Source: Dehalococcoidia bacterium (GTDB lineage: Bacteria; Chloroflexota; Dehalococcoidia; Lucifugimonadales; UBA3495). From it: DNA of 64,000 nt. Positions 9,249-18,659 of the stretch are shown here, in pieces (the first letter of the stretch is position 1; every line of letters starts with the position of its first letter). The notes under the pieces were generated by a model. It searched no databases. It saw nothing but the letters and a program-made list of their open reading frames with translations, and had not been told where the DNA came from. The stretch lies in assembly GCA_965199995.1 (NCBI GenBank), contig OZ241328.1:2060627-2124626 (forward strand), in the 5' to 3' direction. The position numbers were made by a program, and so were the translations under genes.

Positions 9249-9836
9249 ATGACTTCCATCACACTCTTGCGGCTGTCTCCGTTCCAGGTTGCGCCGGCGA
9301 CCCTCGCCGCTCTGCTGGCATTAGCCGCCCTGATTCTGTTGCCCGCCACTACTGCGGCTCAGGAAACGCGGCGGGAAGAAGTGCTATACACCGGAGCCCA
9401 CGCCATCCGGGTAATGCCAGTTAATCTCCACCTAGGGTCCGGATCCGCTCAATTCGCGGTCATCGTCACCAACCCCGAAACCGGCGAACCCGTGCCCGAC
9501 GCCCGCGTTGTGATGGTCACCTCCCACGGGGAAGAAAGCGATTCCGGATGGGCCTTCGCCACCAACTCGCCAGCAGCCCCGGAATACTACAGCGTGAATC
9601 TGAAGCTGGAATCCACCGGCGAATGGAACATCAGCGTAGACGTTTCTTCCGCTCTCGGCGCAGACCTCGTTGAAGTCACCACCCTCGAAGTGCCTTCGCT
9701 GAACCGGCTGACTCAAGGCTCGTGGGTATTCTTCGGAATGTTCGGGATAATCGTTCTGGGTATCGTCTACGTCTGGTGGAGTGCGCGCCGCGACTATCTT
9801 CGCAAGCGGGCCGCCGCCCAAACGGATTCTCCGTGA
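9249..9836 (+). CDS. Secreted/membrane-anchored hypothetical protein (YtkA/FixH-like Ig-fold suspected)
   Basis: N-terminal signal-like helix, a beta-rich middle and a C-terminal TM helix. GTGA stop/start overlap with the downstream CtaG-like gene. Confidence 0.35.
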   Translation: MTSITLLRLSPFQVAPATLAALLALAALILLPATTAAQETRREEVLYTGAHAIRVMPVNLHLGSGSAQFAVIVTNPETGEPVPDARVVMVTSHGEESDSGWAFATNSPAAPEYYSVNLKLESTGEWNISVDVSSALGADLVEVTTLEVPSLNRLTQGSWVFFGMFGIIVLGIVYVWWSARRDYLRKRAAAQTDSP

Positions 9837-10792
9837 AAACTCTCACTGCCCTGCCAGCAGTAGGCCGCCGGCTTCTTCTACTGTCGCTGGCCCTGGTCGC
9901 CCTTCTGGCGGCCCTGTCGTGGATTGCCGCAACCGTCCAGGCCCACGGCGGCATCGACGCCGGCCAAGAGCCGTGGACCGCCTGGAACACCAACCCTCTT
10001 CCCGTAATCCTTGTCCTCCTGGCCGCTTACGTCTACCTGAACGGCCTCAACAACTGGGATCGCCCCACCCACCCGGTCAACAACTGGCAGAAGGCATCCT
10101 TCTTGTTCGGGCTGTTCCTAGTCTTCTTTGCCTTGCAGTCTCCGCTGGACCCCTTATCCGACCATTTGCTCTCCTTCCATCAAGTACAGCATTTCATCCT
10201 GCGGATGGTCGCTCCCATGTTCATCTTGCTAGGCGCGCCGCTGACCCCCATGCTCCGCGGAATGCCGGCCTGGGCACGGCAGGGCGTCATCCGCCCTATG
10301 GTGAAAAACTCCTACGCCCGCCAAGTTTACCGGCTGCTGACCAATCCCATTTTCACCATATTCTTCTTCCTAGGAAGCCTCTACCTCTGGCAGTTCCCGG
10401 GGGCCTTCAACCTCGCCCTTCGCAACGATGAAGTGCACGCCTTGATGCACCTGACCATGAGCGCCTCCGGGTTCCTCTTCTGGTGGGTAGTCATAGACCC
10501 GCCGCCGCACCGTTCTCGGCTGCATTACGGGCTGCGGGTGCTGTATCTTGGTCTAATCGTGCTGCCTAACACGCTGCTGGGCGCAGCCATCACCTTCTCC
10601 GACGGGCTGATATACAGCGCCTACGCCGACGTGACCCAGCCCTATGGCTTGACGCTGGAGACCGACCAGCAGTTGGGCGGGCTGATGCTCTGGGTTCCCG
10701 GTGATATGATGAGCATCGTAGCCGCCGGCATCGTGATGGTGATGTGGTATCAGCGGGAAGAGGGATCCAACCACGCCAAGGCGCGAGCTTAG
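9833..10792 (+). CDS. ctaG: Cytochrome c oxidase assembly factor CtaG (caa3-type, membrane)
   Basis: Polytopic membrane protein with HQVQHFILRMVAPMFILLGAPLTP and LWVPGDMM motifs. GTG start at 9833 chosen over the long upstream extension. Confidence 0.6.
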   Translation: MKTLTALPAVGRRLLLLSLALVALLAALSWIAATVQAHGGIDAGQEPWTAWNTNPLPVILVLLAAYVYLNGLNNWDRPTHPVNNWQKASFLFGLFLVFFALQSPLDPLSDHLLSFHQVQHFILRMVAPMFILLGAPLTPMLRGMPAWARQGVIRPMVKNSYARQVYRLLTNPIFTIFFFLGSLYLWQFPGAFNLALRNDEVHALMHLTMSASGFLFWWVVIDPPPHRSRLHYGLRVLYLGLIVLPNTLLGAAITFSDGLIYSAYADVTQPYGLTLETDQQLGGLMLWVPGDMMSIVAAGIVMVMWYQREEGSNHAKARA

Positions 10793-10850
10793 CAGACCCT
10801 TCTCTATCCCCAATTGCGAAGCCCCACTTTCGACAAGGACAGCATCGGCT

Positions 10851-11954
10851 ATGGTTAACGGAGGCGCAGACGGCATACGCTTTAGTTGGTTCATCCCCAT
10901 AGACGGCGATGGTCGCCGCGCAGGAACAATGCGGGCGGAGCGGCCGCCGGACTTCGATTACCTCCGCCGCGTGGTGGAAACGGCGGAGGAATGCGGCTAT
11001 TACTCCCTGCTCATTCCCACCCGCTTCGCCAACGGGCTGTTCGCGGAAGACGCCCCCCTGGCCGAGACTTGGACCACCGCTACGGCCCTAGCCGCTGTGA
11101 CCAGCCGCATCCGCTTCCTTATCGCCGTCCGGCCCGGCTTTATCGCTCTGGGCCTCTTCGCGCAGATGGCCGCCGCGTTGCACCAGATTTCCCAGGGCCG
11201 GGTAGACATCAACATCGTCCCCGGCGGCATACAGAACGACTTCGAGCGCGTGGGCGAGGAAAGCACTCATGAAACCCGCTACGAGCGGGCCGAAGAGTTT
11301 ATCGCCGCCTGTCGCAGGCTCTGGACCCAGCCGGGCCCGGTGGATTTCCACGGCGAATACTACCGGCTGCGCGACGCTTTCTGCGCCCCCCAGCCGGGCG
11401 AACACAGCCCCCGCTTCTATCTCGGCGGCGCTTCGCCCCGCGCCCTCGGGCTGTCGGGACGCCAGGCCGACGTGCATCTGTCTTGGATTGAGCCGCTGGA
11501 GGCTACCGCCCGCCGCAATGTGGAAGTCGCCGCCGAGTTTGCCAAGGCTGGCAGAACCCCTGAGCTGGGGCTGCGGACTCACCTGGTCGTGCGCGATTCG
11601 GAAGCCGACGCCTGGAACGCCGCCAACGAACTCATCTCCCACGCCGACCCGGCCGTGAAGGCCCAGCGCCAAGCCGCCATTGCCGGCACTCAGATGGTGG
11701 GGCAGCAGGCCCAAGCCCGCGAGGCTCCCGACCACCGCGTAGGTCCCCACCTCTGGAACGGGCTATCCGAAGTCCGGGTGAACTGCGGCACCGCCATCGT
11801 TGGGACACCCCAACAGGCCGCGGACACCCTGTATGACTATGCCAAGCTGGGCTTCCGCGAGTTCATCCTCTCCGGCTTTCCCCACGTCGAGGAATGCCAG
11901 AGAGTTTCCGCCGAAGTACTGCCCCGCCTACGCGAAAAGCTGGCTGACGGCTAA
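10851..11954 (+). CDS. LLM-class flavin-dependent monooxygenase (SsuD/alkanesulfonate monooxygenase-like)
   Basis: 367 aa. N-terminus FSWFIPIDGDGRRAGT resembles the SsuD start, followed by a TIM-barrel luciferase-like pattern. Confidence 0.65.
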   Translation: MVNGGADGIRFSWFIPIDGDGRRAGTMRAERPPDFDYLRRVVETAEECGYYSLLIPTRFANGLFAEDAPLAETWTTATALAAVTSRIRFLIAVRPGFIALGLFAQMAAALHQISQGRVDINIVPGGIQNDFERVGEESTHETRYERAEEFIAACRRLWTQPGPVDFHGEYYRLRDAFCAPQPGEHSPRFYLGGASPRALGLSGRQADVHLSWIEPLEATARRNVEVAAEFAKAGRTPELGLRTHLVVRDSEADAWNAANELISHADPAVKAQRQAAIAGTQMVGQQAQAREAPDHRVGPHLWNGLSEVRVNCGTAIVGTPQQAADTLYDYAKLGFREFILSGFPHVEECQRVSAEVLPRLREKLADG

Positions 11955-13369
11955 TAGAAGCCCGCCGGGATTTTATCCGCCCACGGACTGGCCTGCTCGA
12001 AGGCAGCGCACGCCCGCAGTACCCGGTCTTCGGCGCGGCGCGGCCCGATGATGTGCAGGCCGATGGGCATCCCGTCCGACGAGAATCCGCAAGGCACGCT
12101 GGCAGCAGTCTGCCCTGTCATATTGATGGGGTAGGTAAAAGGCAGAAAGCCCCACTGAGGATCCACTTCTTTCCCACCGATGACCGTCGGCCGCTGGCCT
12201 ATCTCGAAGGCCGGCGTTGCCATGGTCGGGGACAGCAGCAAATCGTAGCTGTCGAAGAAGTCCTCCATATGCCGTCCCAACTGGTCCGCCCGCAGGATGG
12301 CCCGGGAAAGCCGCGCTCCGTCCACCCGTGAGCCATGCTCGATGGAATACAGACCGGGCTGGGAAAAATCGTCCCGGCGCTCCTCCAGCAAGTGGCCATA
12401 TGAGGTGTATGCGGCGGTGGCGAACACATCGAAGAAGGCATCGAAGGGATCTTCCAGCTTGAGCGGCGCATCCTCGACGATAGCTCCCATCCCCTCAAAG
12501 ACGCGAGCAGCGCGGGCCGTAATCTCGGCCACCTCTGGATCAACCCCGGCATAGCCGAAATCGGGACTCCAGGCAATCCGCATCCCCACCACTCCGCGCC
12601 TCAGACCGGCGCTGAAGTCCGGCGGCGTTTCCTTGATGGAATTTGGATCGCGGCTGTCGGGCCCGGCCAGCACCTGCAACAGCAAGGCAGTGTCGGCCAC
12701 TGTGCGGCTCATCGGCCCCGACTGCGAGAAGTGGTTCGCTGCAGGCCGGCCGTAGCCGCCGTACCGGGGAACCCGGTGCTGCGTAGGCTTGATGCCGAAG
12801 ACGCCGCTGAAGCTGGCCGGGATGCGTATCGAGCCGCCCCCGTCGCTTCCGATGGCGATGGGGCAGAGTCCGGCGGCCAGGGCCGCCCCCGCCCCGCCGC
12901 TGGAGCCGCCGGGAGTGCGCTCGGTGTTCCAGGGGTTACGGCAAGGATCACTGACCCGGTTCTCGGTGCTCCCTGACTGCCCAAACTCCGGAGTATTGGT
13001 CTTGCCTAGGATGATGGCCCCGGCCGCCTTCACCCGCTCGACCACGACCGAATCCAGTTCGGGCGTGCGGTCGCGGAATATCGCCGAGCCTAGGGTGGTG
13101 GGCAAGTCCCGGGTCATTTCGAGGTCTTTGACGGAGATGGGAACGCCATGCAACGGCCCTACCGCCCAACCGCGAGCTACAATGTCATCCGCCGCCCGAG
13201 CATCGGCCAGGGCCTGCTCCGGCCGCAGGGCCAGGTACGAATTCAACTGGGGGTCCAGCCGTTCAATCCGCCGTAAAAACAGCTCGGTAACTTCCGCGGA
13301 TGACACCTGCCCCCGGCGGATAGCCCGGCTCAACTCCGTAGCGGGCATAAATGCAAGTTCACTGCTCAT
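11951..13369 (-). CDS. Amidase (amidase-signature family)
   Basis: 472 aa. GGSSGGAGAALAAG signature, GSDGGGSIRIPA. Confidence 0.85.
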   Translation of the reverse strand: MSSELAFMPATELSRAIRRGQVSSAEVTELFLRRIERLDPQLNSYLALRPEQALADARAADDIVARGWAVGPLHGVPISVKDLEMTRDLPTTLGSAIFRDRTPELDSVVVERVKAAGAIILGKTNTPEFGQSGSTENRVSDPCRNPWNTERTPGGSSGGAGAALAAGLCPIAIGSDGGGSIRIPASFSGVFGIKPTQHRVPRYGGYGRPAANHFSQSGPMSRTVADTALLLQVLAGPDSRDPNSIKETPPDFSAGLRRGVVGMRIAWSPDFGYAGVDPEVAEITARAARVFEGMGAIVEDAPLKLEDPFDAFFDVFATAAYTSYGHLLEERRDDFSQPGLYSIEHGSRVDGARLSRAILRADQLGRHMEDFFDSYDLLLSPTMATPAFEIGQRPTVIGGKEVDPQWGFLPFTYPINMTGQTAASVPCGFSSDGMPIGLHIIGPRRAEDRVLRACAAFEQASPWADKIPAGFY

Positions 13370-13584
13370 AACAACTCCTTATGACGGGAATAGCGTTTCG
13401 TACTCCCGCTTCGTATTCCAAAGATTCTTACGGCTGATAATGACGCCTGCCCCATCATAGCGCAACCGCCCGGCCATTGAAAAAGGCGGCGGCGTCATTG
13501 AAAATAGGCCACCGGGGTCAATGGACCACCGGGGCGCAAGATAAAAGAACCGGCATCTATGACCGAACCGACAGGAGGCAGCCT

Positions 13585-14703
13585 TTGGCGTTAGTAGGAA
13601 TCATCGCCAACCCGGCGGCGAGCAAAGACATCCGGCGTCTGGTGGCCCAGGGAAGGGTAGTGCCCGACTGGGAAAAAGTGAACATCGTCCGGCGGGCGCT
13701 TATGGGCTTGCAGTCGGTGGGCATCCAGCGCGTGCTGGCGATGCCCGACAGCTCCCACCTGGTGCAGCGCGCCGCCGATGATCCCCATCTGGCGATGGAA
13801 GTGGACTTGCTTCCAATGACTGCCCTATTCAATGAGGGGGACACCGTTCGCGCCGCGGCCGCCATGGCCCAGCAGGGCGTGAAATGCGTGATAACCCTGG
13901 GCGGCGATGGCACCAACCGGGCCGTGGCCAAAGGCTCCCGCGATATGGCCATGGTTGCCATATCCACCGGCACCAACAATGTCTTTCCCGTTATGGTGGA
14001 GGGCACCACCGCCGGCATGGCCGCCGGCCTAGTGGCCACAGGCGCGGTCTCTTTGGAACAGGCGGCCGTCCGAAGCAAGACCATCGCCGTCATGGTGAAC
14101 GGCGAAGACCGCGACATCGCCTTGGTGGACGTGGCCCTCTCCAAAGAGCGTTTCGTTGCCACCCGCGCCATCTGGGACATGAACACCATCTACGAAGTGT
14201 TTCTGACTCGCGCAGAACCTTCGTCCATCGGCCTGTCGTCCATCGGAGCACGACTGCAAGCGGTGTCCCTTACCGACGCCGGCGGCCTGCACTACAAAAT
14301 CGCGGACCTGCGGCAGATGCAGACCGAACCGGCAGAGGGCAGTCCGTCCCCCACGTCTACATCCCCGCCTAACCCGTTACCTTCGCCCGATTCGTCGTCC
14401 CCGCCTGACCCGTCATTCCCGCGAAATCGGGAACCTGCTGGCCCGGTCCAAGTTTATGTCCGCGCTCCCATCGCGCCCGGCTCGGTGCCGGTGGTAGGAA
14501 TCGAAGCATGGCAGCGCCTCGCCGACGGCCAGCGCCTTGCCGTCGAGCGCCGGCATTCCACAGTGGCGCTCGACGGCGAACGATCCTTCTCGGTGAACCC
14601 GGACAACCTGCTGGAAATCGAAATTCGGCGCGACGGCCCGCCCGTGGTCAGCGTGGAAGCGACTCTTGGCCACGCCACCGCCGCGGGACTGTTCCACGTC
14701 TAG
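13585..14703 (+). CDS. ATP-NAD kinase family protein (AcoX-like) carrying a Pro/Ser-rich insertion
   Basis: ITLGGDGTNRAVAKG motif. TTG start at 13585 follows an AGGAGG; the ORF track extends to 13477. The insertion is described separately. Confidence 0.6.
   Translation: MALVGIIANPAASKDIRRLVAQGRVVPDWEKVNIVRRALMGLQSVGIQRVLAMPDSSHLVQRAADDPHLAMEVDLLPMTALFNEGDTVRAAAAMAQQGVKCVITLGGDGTNRAVAKGSRDMAMVAISTGTNNVFPVMVEGTTAGMAAGLVATGAVSLEQAAVRSKTIAVMVNGEDRDIALVDVALSKERFVATRAIWDMNTIYEVFLTRAEPSSIGLSSIGARLQAVSLTDAGGLHYKIADLRQMQTEPAEGSPSPTSTSPPNPLPSPDSSSPPDPSFPRNREPAGPVQVYVRAPIAPGSVPVVGIEAWQRLADGQRLAVERRHSTVALDGERSFSVNPDNLLEIEIRRDGPPVVSVEATLGHATAAGLFHV
14411..14435 (+). repeat. Hairpin repeat element copy located inside the 13585-14703 CDS
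   Basis: CGTCATTCCCGCGAAATCGGGAACC matches the intergenic copies except for one base. It translates in frame as SFPRNREP. Confidence 0.85.
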
Positions 14704-14763
14704 CGCGACGAGAAAGGTTGCGTCCCGGCTTCCGGCGCCAGCCGCGGCGCAGCGGGTCTGACC

Positions 14764-15516
14764 ATGCTTTTCGGCACTGAATTTTCCTTGACAGAATTGT
14801 TCTTTTCGTTGCTGGTGGTCACCGCGGCGGGGGTGGTGCTCGGGACGGTCAGCTTCGGCTTCGGAGTAGTTTCCTCTCCTCCGTTGCTGCTTTTCGTTGA
14901 GGCCAAGACTACTATCGTAGTGGTCAATTCGCTGACTACCATCCTGCTGTCGCTGGTGTTACTAAGAACTTGGCGGCACATGGACCTGCGAAACAGCAAG
15001 GGGATGATTCTGGGAGGGCTGGCGGCGGCCCCGGTAGGGGTGTTCGTGCTGAACGTAGCAGATCCGGGCATATTGCGCATCGTTATCGGCGTGGTCATAG
15101 TGGCGCTGGGGCTGCTCAACCTGCGCGACGCGCAACTGCCCATAGCTACCTTTCCCGGTTCCGGTTTGTTTTTCGGTTTCGTAACCTGTCTGGCAGTGAC
15201 TGCCATAAGCATCGGTGGGATGCTGGGCGCCGTATACGCCATAGCCCAGCGCTGGCCGGCGCAGACGGTGCGGGCGTCGCTCGCCGCTATGTTCGTTCTG
15301 TCCGGCTTGGTCTCGGTAGGACTTTACGCGGCTACCGGGCTTTATACCCGCGAGACGCTGGCCACCGTGGGGCTGCTGGTTCCCGGTATGCTACTGGGCT
15401 TTGGCCTTGCCGGGCTATTGGTGGGACGACTGAACGAGCGGGTATTCCGATACGTGGTCATCGCCCTAGTGGTGCTAGGCGGCAGTATGCTGCTGGTCCG
15501 GGAGCTGCTGGGTTAG
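14764..15516 (+). CDS. TauE/SafE (TSUP) family sulfite/anion exporter
   Basis: 250 aa, about 8 TM helices, two-fold internal symmetry, G-rich helix starts. Confidence 0.65.
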   Translation: MLFGTEFSLTELFFSLLVVTAAGVVLGTVSFGFGVVSSPPLLLFVEAKTTIVVVNSLTTILLSLVLLRTWRHMDLRNSKGMILGGLAAAPVGVFVLNVADPGILRIVIGVVIVALGLLNLRDAQLPIATFPGSGLFFGFVTCLAVTAISIGGMLGAVYAIAQRWPAQTVRASLAAMFVLSGLVSVGLYAATGLYTRETLATVGLLVPGMLLGFGLAGLLVGRLNERVFRYVVIALVVLGGSMLLVRELLG

Positions 15517-15520
15517 CCAG

Positions 15521-15563
15521 AAAGCGAAGGGGGCGCGTACTTGTCTCGCGCCCCCTTCGCTTT
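15521..15563. terminator. Bidirectional intrinsic-terminator-like hairpin between convergent genes
   Basis: Perfect 17-bp arms AAAGCGAAGGGGGCGCG / CGCGCCCCCTTCGCTTT with a 9-nt loop. Confidence 0.6.
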
Positions 15564-15582
15564 CCCTGTTGGAAACGGCGGC

Positions 15583-16512
15583 TTATTCCTGCATATCGTG
15601 ATATGCGGCGAGCGCGGCGGTGATGCCGTCGCCGACGGCCGCCCCGAGCTGGCGCGTTGAGTCGGCGCGGGCGTCGCCGCAGGCGTAGATGCCCGGGACG
15701 CCCGTGCGCATATGAATGTCCGTGTATACGTGCCCCAGGGCATCCATCTCCAGCATACCCTTCAGATATTCCGTGTTGGGGTGGAACCCAACGTAGATGA
15801 AAGCCGCGGCGGTGTTGTAGTCATAGACCTCTTCCGTCTTGAGGTTTTTGACCCGCGCCGCTTCCAGGGCCTCGTTGCCAACGAACTCCTCAACGACATG
15901 GCTCCAGAGGAACTTGACTTTTTCGTTATTGAACGCCCGTTCCTGCAACACTCTGGTGGCCCGCAGCTCATCGCGACGGTGAATGTAGGTAACGGAGTTG
16001 ACGATCCCGGTGAGGTAGTGGCCTTCGTCCATAGCCGCGTCCCCGCCACCCACTACCACCACGTCTTGGCCGCGGAAAAAGTTGCCGTCGCACACCGCGC
16101 AGTAGGATACGCCGCGCCCTGAAAATTCGTCCTCGCCGGGGACGCCTAGCTTGTTGTGCGACCCTCCGGTGGCGATGATGAGGCTCTTGGCCGTATAAGT
16201 GGCGTCATCGGTGTGAACGGTCTTGACCGGCTCGTCGGCGCGCTCAATTCCCTGAACTTCCGAGTACTCAATCTCGGCCCCGAACCGGGTCGTCTGCTGC
16301 TCCATCATCGTCGCCAGTTCTTGCCCTTTGACACCTTCGGGGAAGCCCGGGTAGTTCTCGATTTCGTCGGTAATCAGAAGCTGGCCGCCCGGGCCAAGCT
16401 GCTCGATTATCAACGTCTTCAGCATCGCCCTCGTAGCATAGAGACCGGCGGCGAGGCCCGCAGCGCCGGCTCCCAGGATGATAGTGTCGTAGTTTGTCGC
16501 GGGTGTCGCCAT
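15583..16512 (-). CDS. trxB: Thioredoxin-disulfide reductase
   Basis: 309 aa. GAGAAGLAAGLY FAD site, redox CAVCDG, VVVVGGGDAAMDEG NADPH site. Confidence 0.9.
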   Translation of the reverse strand: MATPATNYDTIILGAGAAGLAAGLYATRAMLKTLIIEQLGPGGQLLITDEIENYPGFPEGVKGQELATMMEQQTTRFGAEIEYSEVQGIERADEPVKTVHTDDATYTAKSLIIATGGSHNKLGVPGEDEFSGRGVSYCAVCDGNFFRGQDVVVVGGGDAAMDEGHYLTGIVNSVTYIHRRDELRATRVLQERAFNNEKVKFLWSHVVEEFVGNEALEAARVKNLKTEEVYDYNTAAAFIYVGFHPNTEYLKGMLEMDALGHVYTDIHMRTGVPGIYACGDARADSTRQLGAAVGDGITAALAAYHDMQE

Positions 16513-16562
16513 ACTTGGTTGCCTTCCTCCCTAAAAATTAAGCGATTATAGGCCCGTCCGCC

Positions 16563-17510
16563 CTAACGCACTGCCTCCGGAACGTTGCCGCTCATATACT
16601 CCACTGTCCGGGTCAACCCTTCGACCAGGCTGGTGCGCGGCCTCCAGCCCAGGGACTCAGCGGCCAGCGCGCAGTCCAGACTGATGCGGTAAACATCGCC
16701 CGCTCTGGACGGCGCATGGCTGGCGTCCCAGCGGTAGCCGGTGATCTCCTTGAGCAGTTCGTACAGCCGGTTGATGCTGGTTAGCTCGCCGCTGGCGATA
16801 TTCATCGCTTTGCCGCTGCCGCGCCCAATCGCGGCGATGTTTGCATCCACCACATCGTCCACGGCAATGAAGTCTCGTTCCTGCCCCCCGTCTCCGAAGA
16901 TAACCGGCCGGCTGCCCTTAAGCATCGCTGCGATGAATATCGCCACCACACCGGCCTCGCCGGCCGGGTCTTGCCGCGGCCCATATACATTCCCATAGCG
17001 CAACGAGGTGTAGTTAACCAGATACTGCCTCCGGTAGAACTCTAGGTATTGCTCGGCAATATACTTGGACATCCCATAGGGCGATATAGGGGCCACTGGG
17101 GTATCGTCGGGGCAGGGCACTGTCGCGGGTTCGCCATAGAGGGCCCCGCCGGTGCAGGAATAGATGACCTTATCCACCCCCGTCCGGCGGGCCGCGTCCA
17201 GCAGGCGAAGGGTTCCTAGCACATTGATTTCGCTGTCAAGAATCGGTTCCTGGGTGGAACGAGAAACGCTGGACTGGGCCGCCATGTGAAACACCAAGTC
17301 GGGCTTCTCGCGATTGAACACTTCATGCAGCGTGGGCTGGGTGATGCTCATATGATAGAAGGTTGCGTGGTGGGCAACGTTCTTCAGCTTGCCGGAGGAT
17401 AAGTCGTCAACGATTACCACCCGGTATCCTTCTTCCAGCAAGCGGTCCACCATGTGGGAACCGATGAATCCCGCCCCCCCGGTCACCAGCGCCGACCGCC
17501 CAGTTGCCAT
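16563..17510 (-). CDS. NAD-dependent sugar epimerase/dehydratase (GalE-like SDR)
   Basis: 315 aa. VTGGAGFIGSH, SPYGMSKYIAE (YxxxK). Confidence 0.8.
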   Translation of the reverse strand: MATGRSALVTGGAGFIGSHMVDRLLEEGYRVVIVDDLSSGKLKNVAHHATFYHMSITQPTLHEVFNREKPDLVFHMAAQSSVSRSTQEPILDSEINVLGTLRLLDAARRTGVDKVIYSCTGGALYGEPATVPCPDDTPVAPISPYGMSKYIAEQYLEFYRRQYLVNYTSLRYGNVYGPRQDPAGEAGVVAIFIAAMLKGSRPVIFGDGGQERDFIAVDDVVDANIAAIGRGSGKAMNIASGELTSINRLYELLKEITGYRWDASHAPSRAGDVYRISLDCALAAESLGWRPRTSLVEGLTRTVEYMSGNVPEAVR

Positions 17511-17639
17511 TATCCCGCTCCAGTGTCGCTCACTGCCCTTTTATTCGCGGCAAGACAGCGGCTCCATCTCAAATCCGGCGCGGCGCCGGAATAGCCGCCT
17601 TTATGATAACCCGCCGGGCTATCCGGCACAACGGCCCCT

Positions 17640-17812
17640 CTGACGCCTGACATATACCCTGCGAATATATGTCGCCGTATATCTGTATTCTGAGTAAATG
17701 TATTAACTTATTTATATAATCGTGTAGTATTTCAAAATAATTGTTGCATCTATTATATATTTAGCTAGTATACTGTTATGAAACCATACCAGCCATAATT
17801 ATTTAATTGGCG
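17640..17812. other. AT-rich islet, strong compositional outlier
   Basis: Runs such as TATTAACTTATTTATATAATCGTGTAGTATTTCAAAATAATTGTTGCATCTATTATATATTTAG within an otherwise ~60% GC context. No ORF. Confidence 0.8.
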
Positions 17813-17871
17813 AGCCGCCGTAAGGAATCCCAGATTCCCCTCAGCTCGCCGCTTCCTCGTTACTTGTAATA

Positions 17872-18659
17872 ATGGCGGCTCTCTTTGTCGTAGCCCTTTT
17901 CGCCAACATCGGACTAGGGGCAGTTGAAATTCCCCGGTCAGGCCCTGTCCATCTTTTTCAGCCGCGCCGGTATTTATATCGGCATATCCTTCGAGTCTCG
18001 CACCGAGCCATCCTATGGAACATCCGGCTCCCCCGGATTGTCCTGGGGATCCTGGCTGGAGGCAGTCTGGGATCGCCAGCGCCGCCTTGCAGGGCGTCTT
18101 TCGCAATCCTTGGCCTAACCGGGCATCATCGGCGTATCCAGCGGCACCGCCGTGGGGGCAGTAGCAGCCATCGTCTTGGGTTTCAATATGCTCGGCGGAA
18201 TCGGTCTTGCCTTTCTTTCTGGTGGGCCTGATTCTGCTACCCTTTTGGTCCCGTTCGCTTAACCTCCTCACTTTGGGCGGCCGGAAAGCCCGGCATCTTG
18301 GCATATCCACCGAGCGGGTCCGCCTGAGCGTGATTGTGATCAGCGCGCTGTTGACCGGCGCGGCGGTCTCCGTGGCCGGCATCATCGGGTTCCTGGGCTT
18401 GGGGGTTCCGCACATCATCCGGCTGATTGCCGGGCCAAACCACAGCTTTCTCCTGCCCGTCAGCATCCTTGGGGGAGCGACAACGCTTCCGCTGGCCAAC
18501 CTCCTATCCCGAACAGGGGTAGTCCCAGCAGAGCTGCCCATTAGGGTAGTAACCACCCTGATCGGCGGCCCTTTCTTCTTGTGGCTTGTTCACAAAACGC
18601 GCTCAATCCGCGACAACATGGGAGGCATGGTGGGACTACCCCAACGGCAATTGGGTTGA
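17872..18659 (+). pseudogene. FecCD-family ABC importer permease (iron-siderophore/heme/B12 type), heavily decayed
   Basis: Pieces lie in three frames: ...WNIRLPRIVLGILAGGSLG / IASAALQGVFRNP / LA*PGIIGVSSGTAVGAVAAIVLGF (in-frame TAA) / ...LNLLTLGGRKARHLGIS...GIIGFLGLGVPHIIRL. About 100 central residues are missing relative to family length. Confidence 0.75.

Noticed and set aside
17810-17871. Cobalamin riboswitch upstream of the FecCD-type importer; also considered for 39565-39780 upstream of the mutase
   Set aside because: No recognisable B12-box-like conserved core could be found by eye, and B12-dependent mutases are not typical riboswitch targets. This needs a covariance-model scan to exclude formally.
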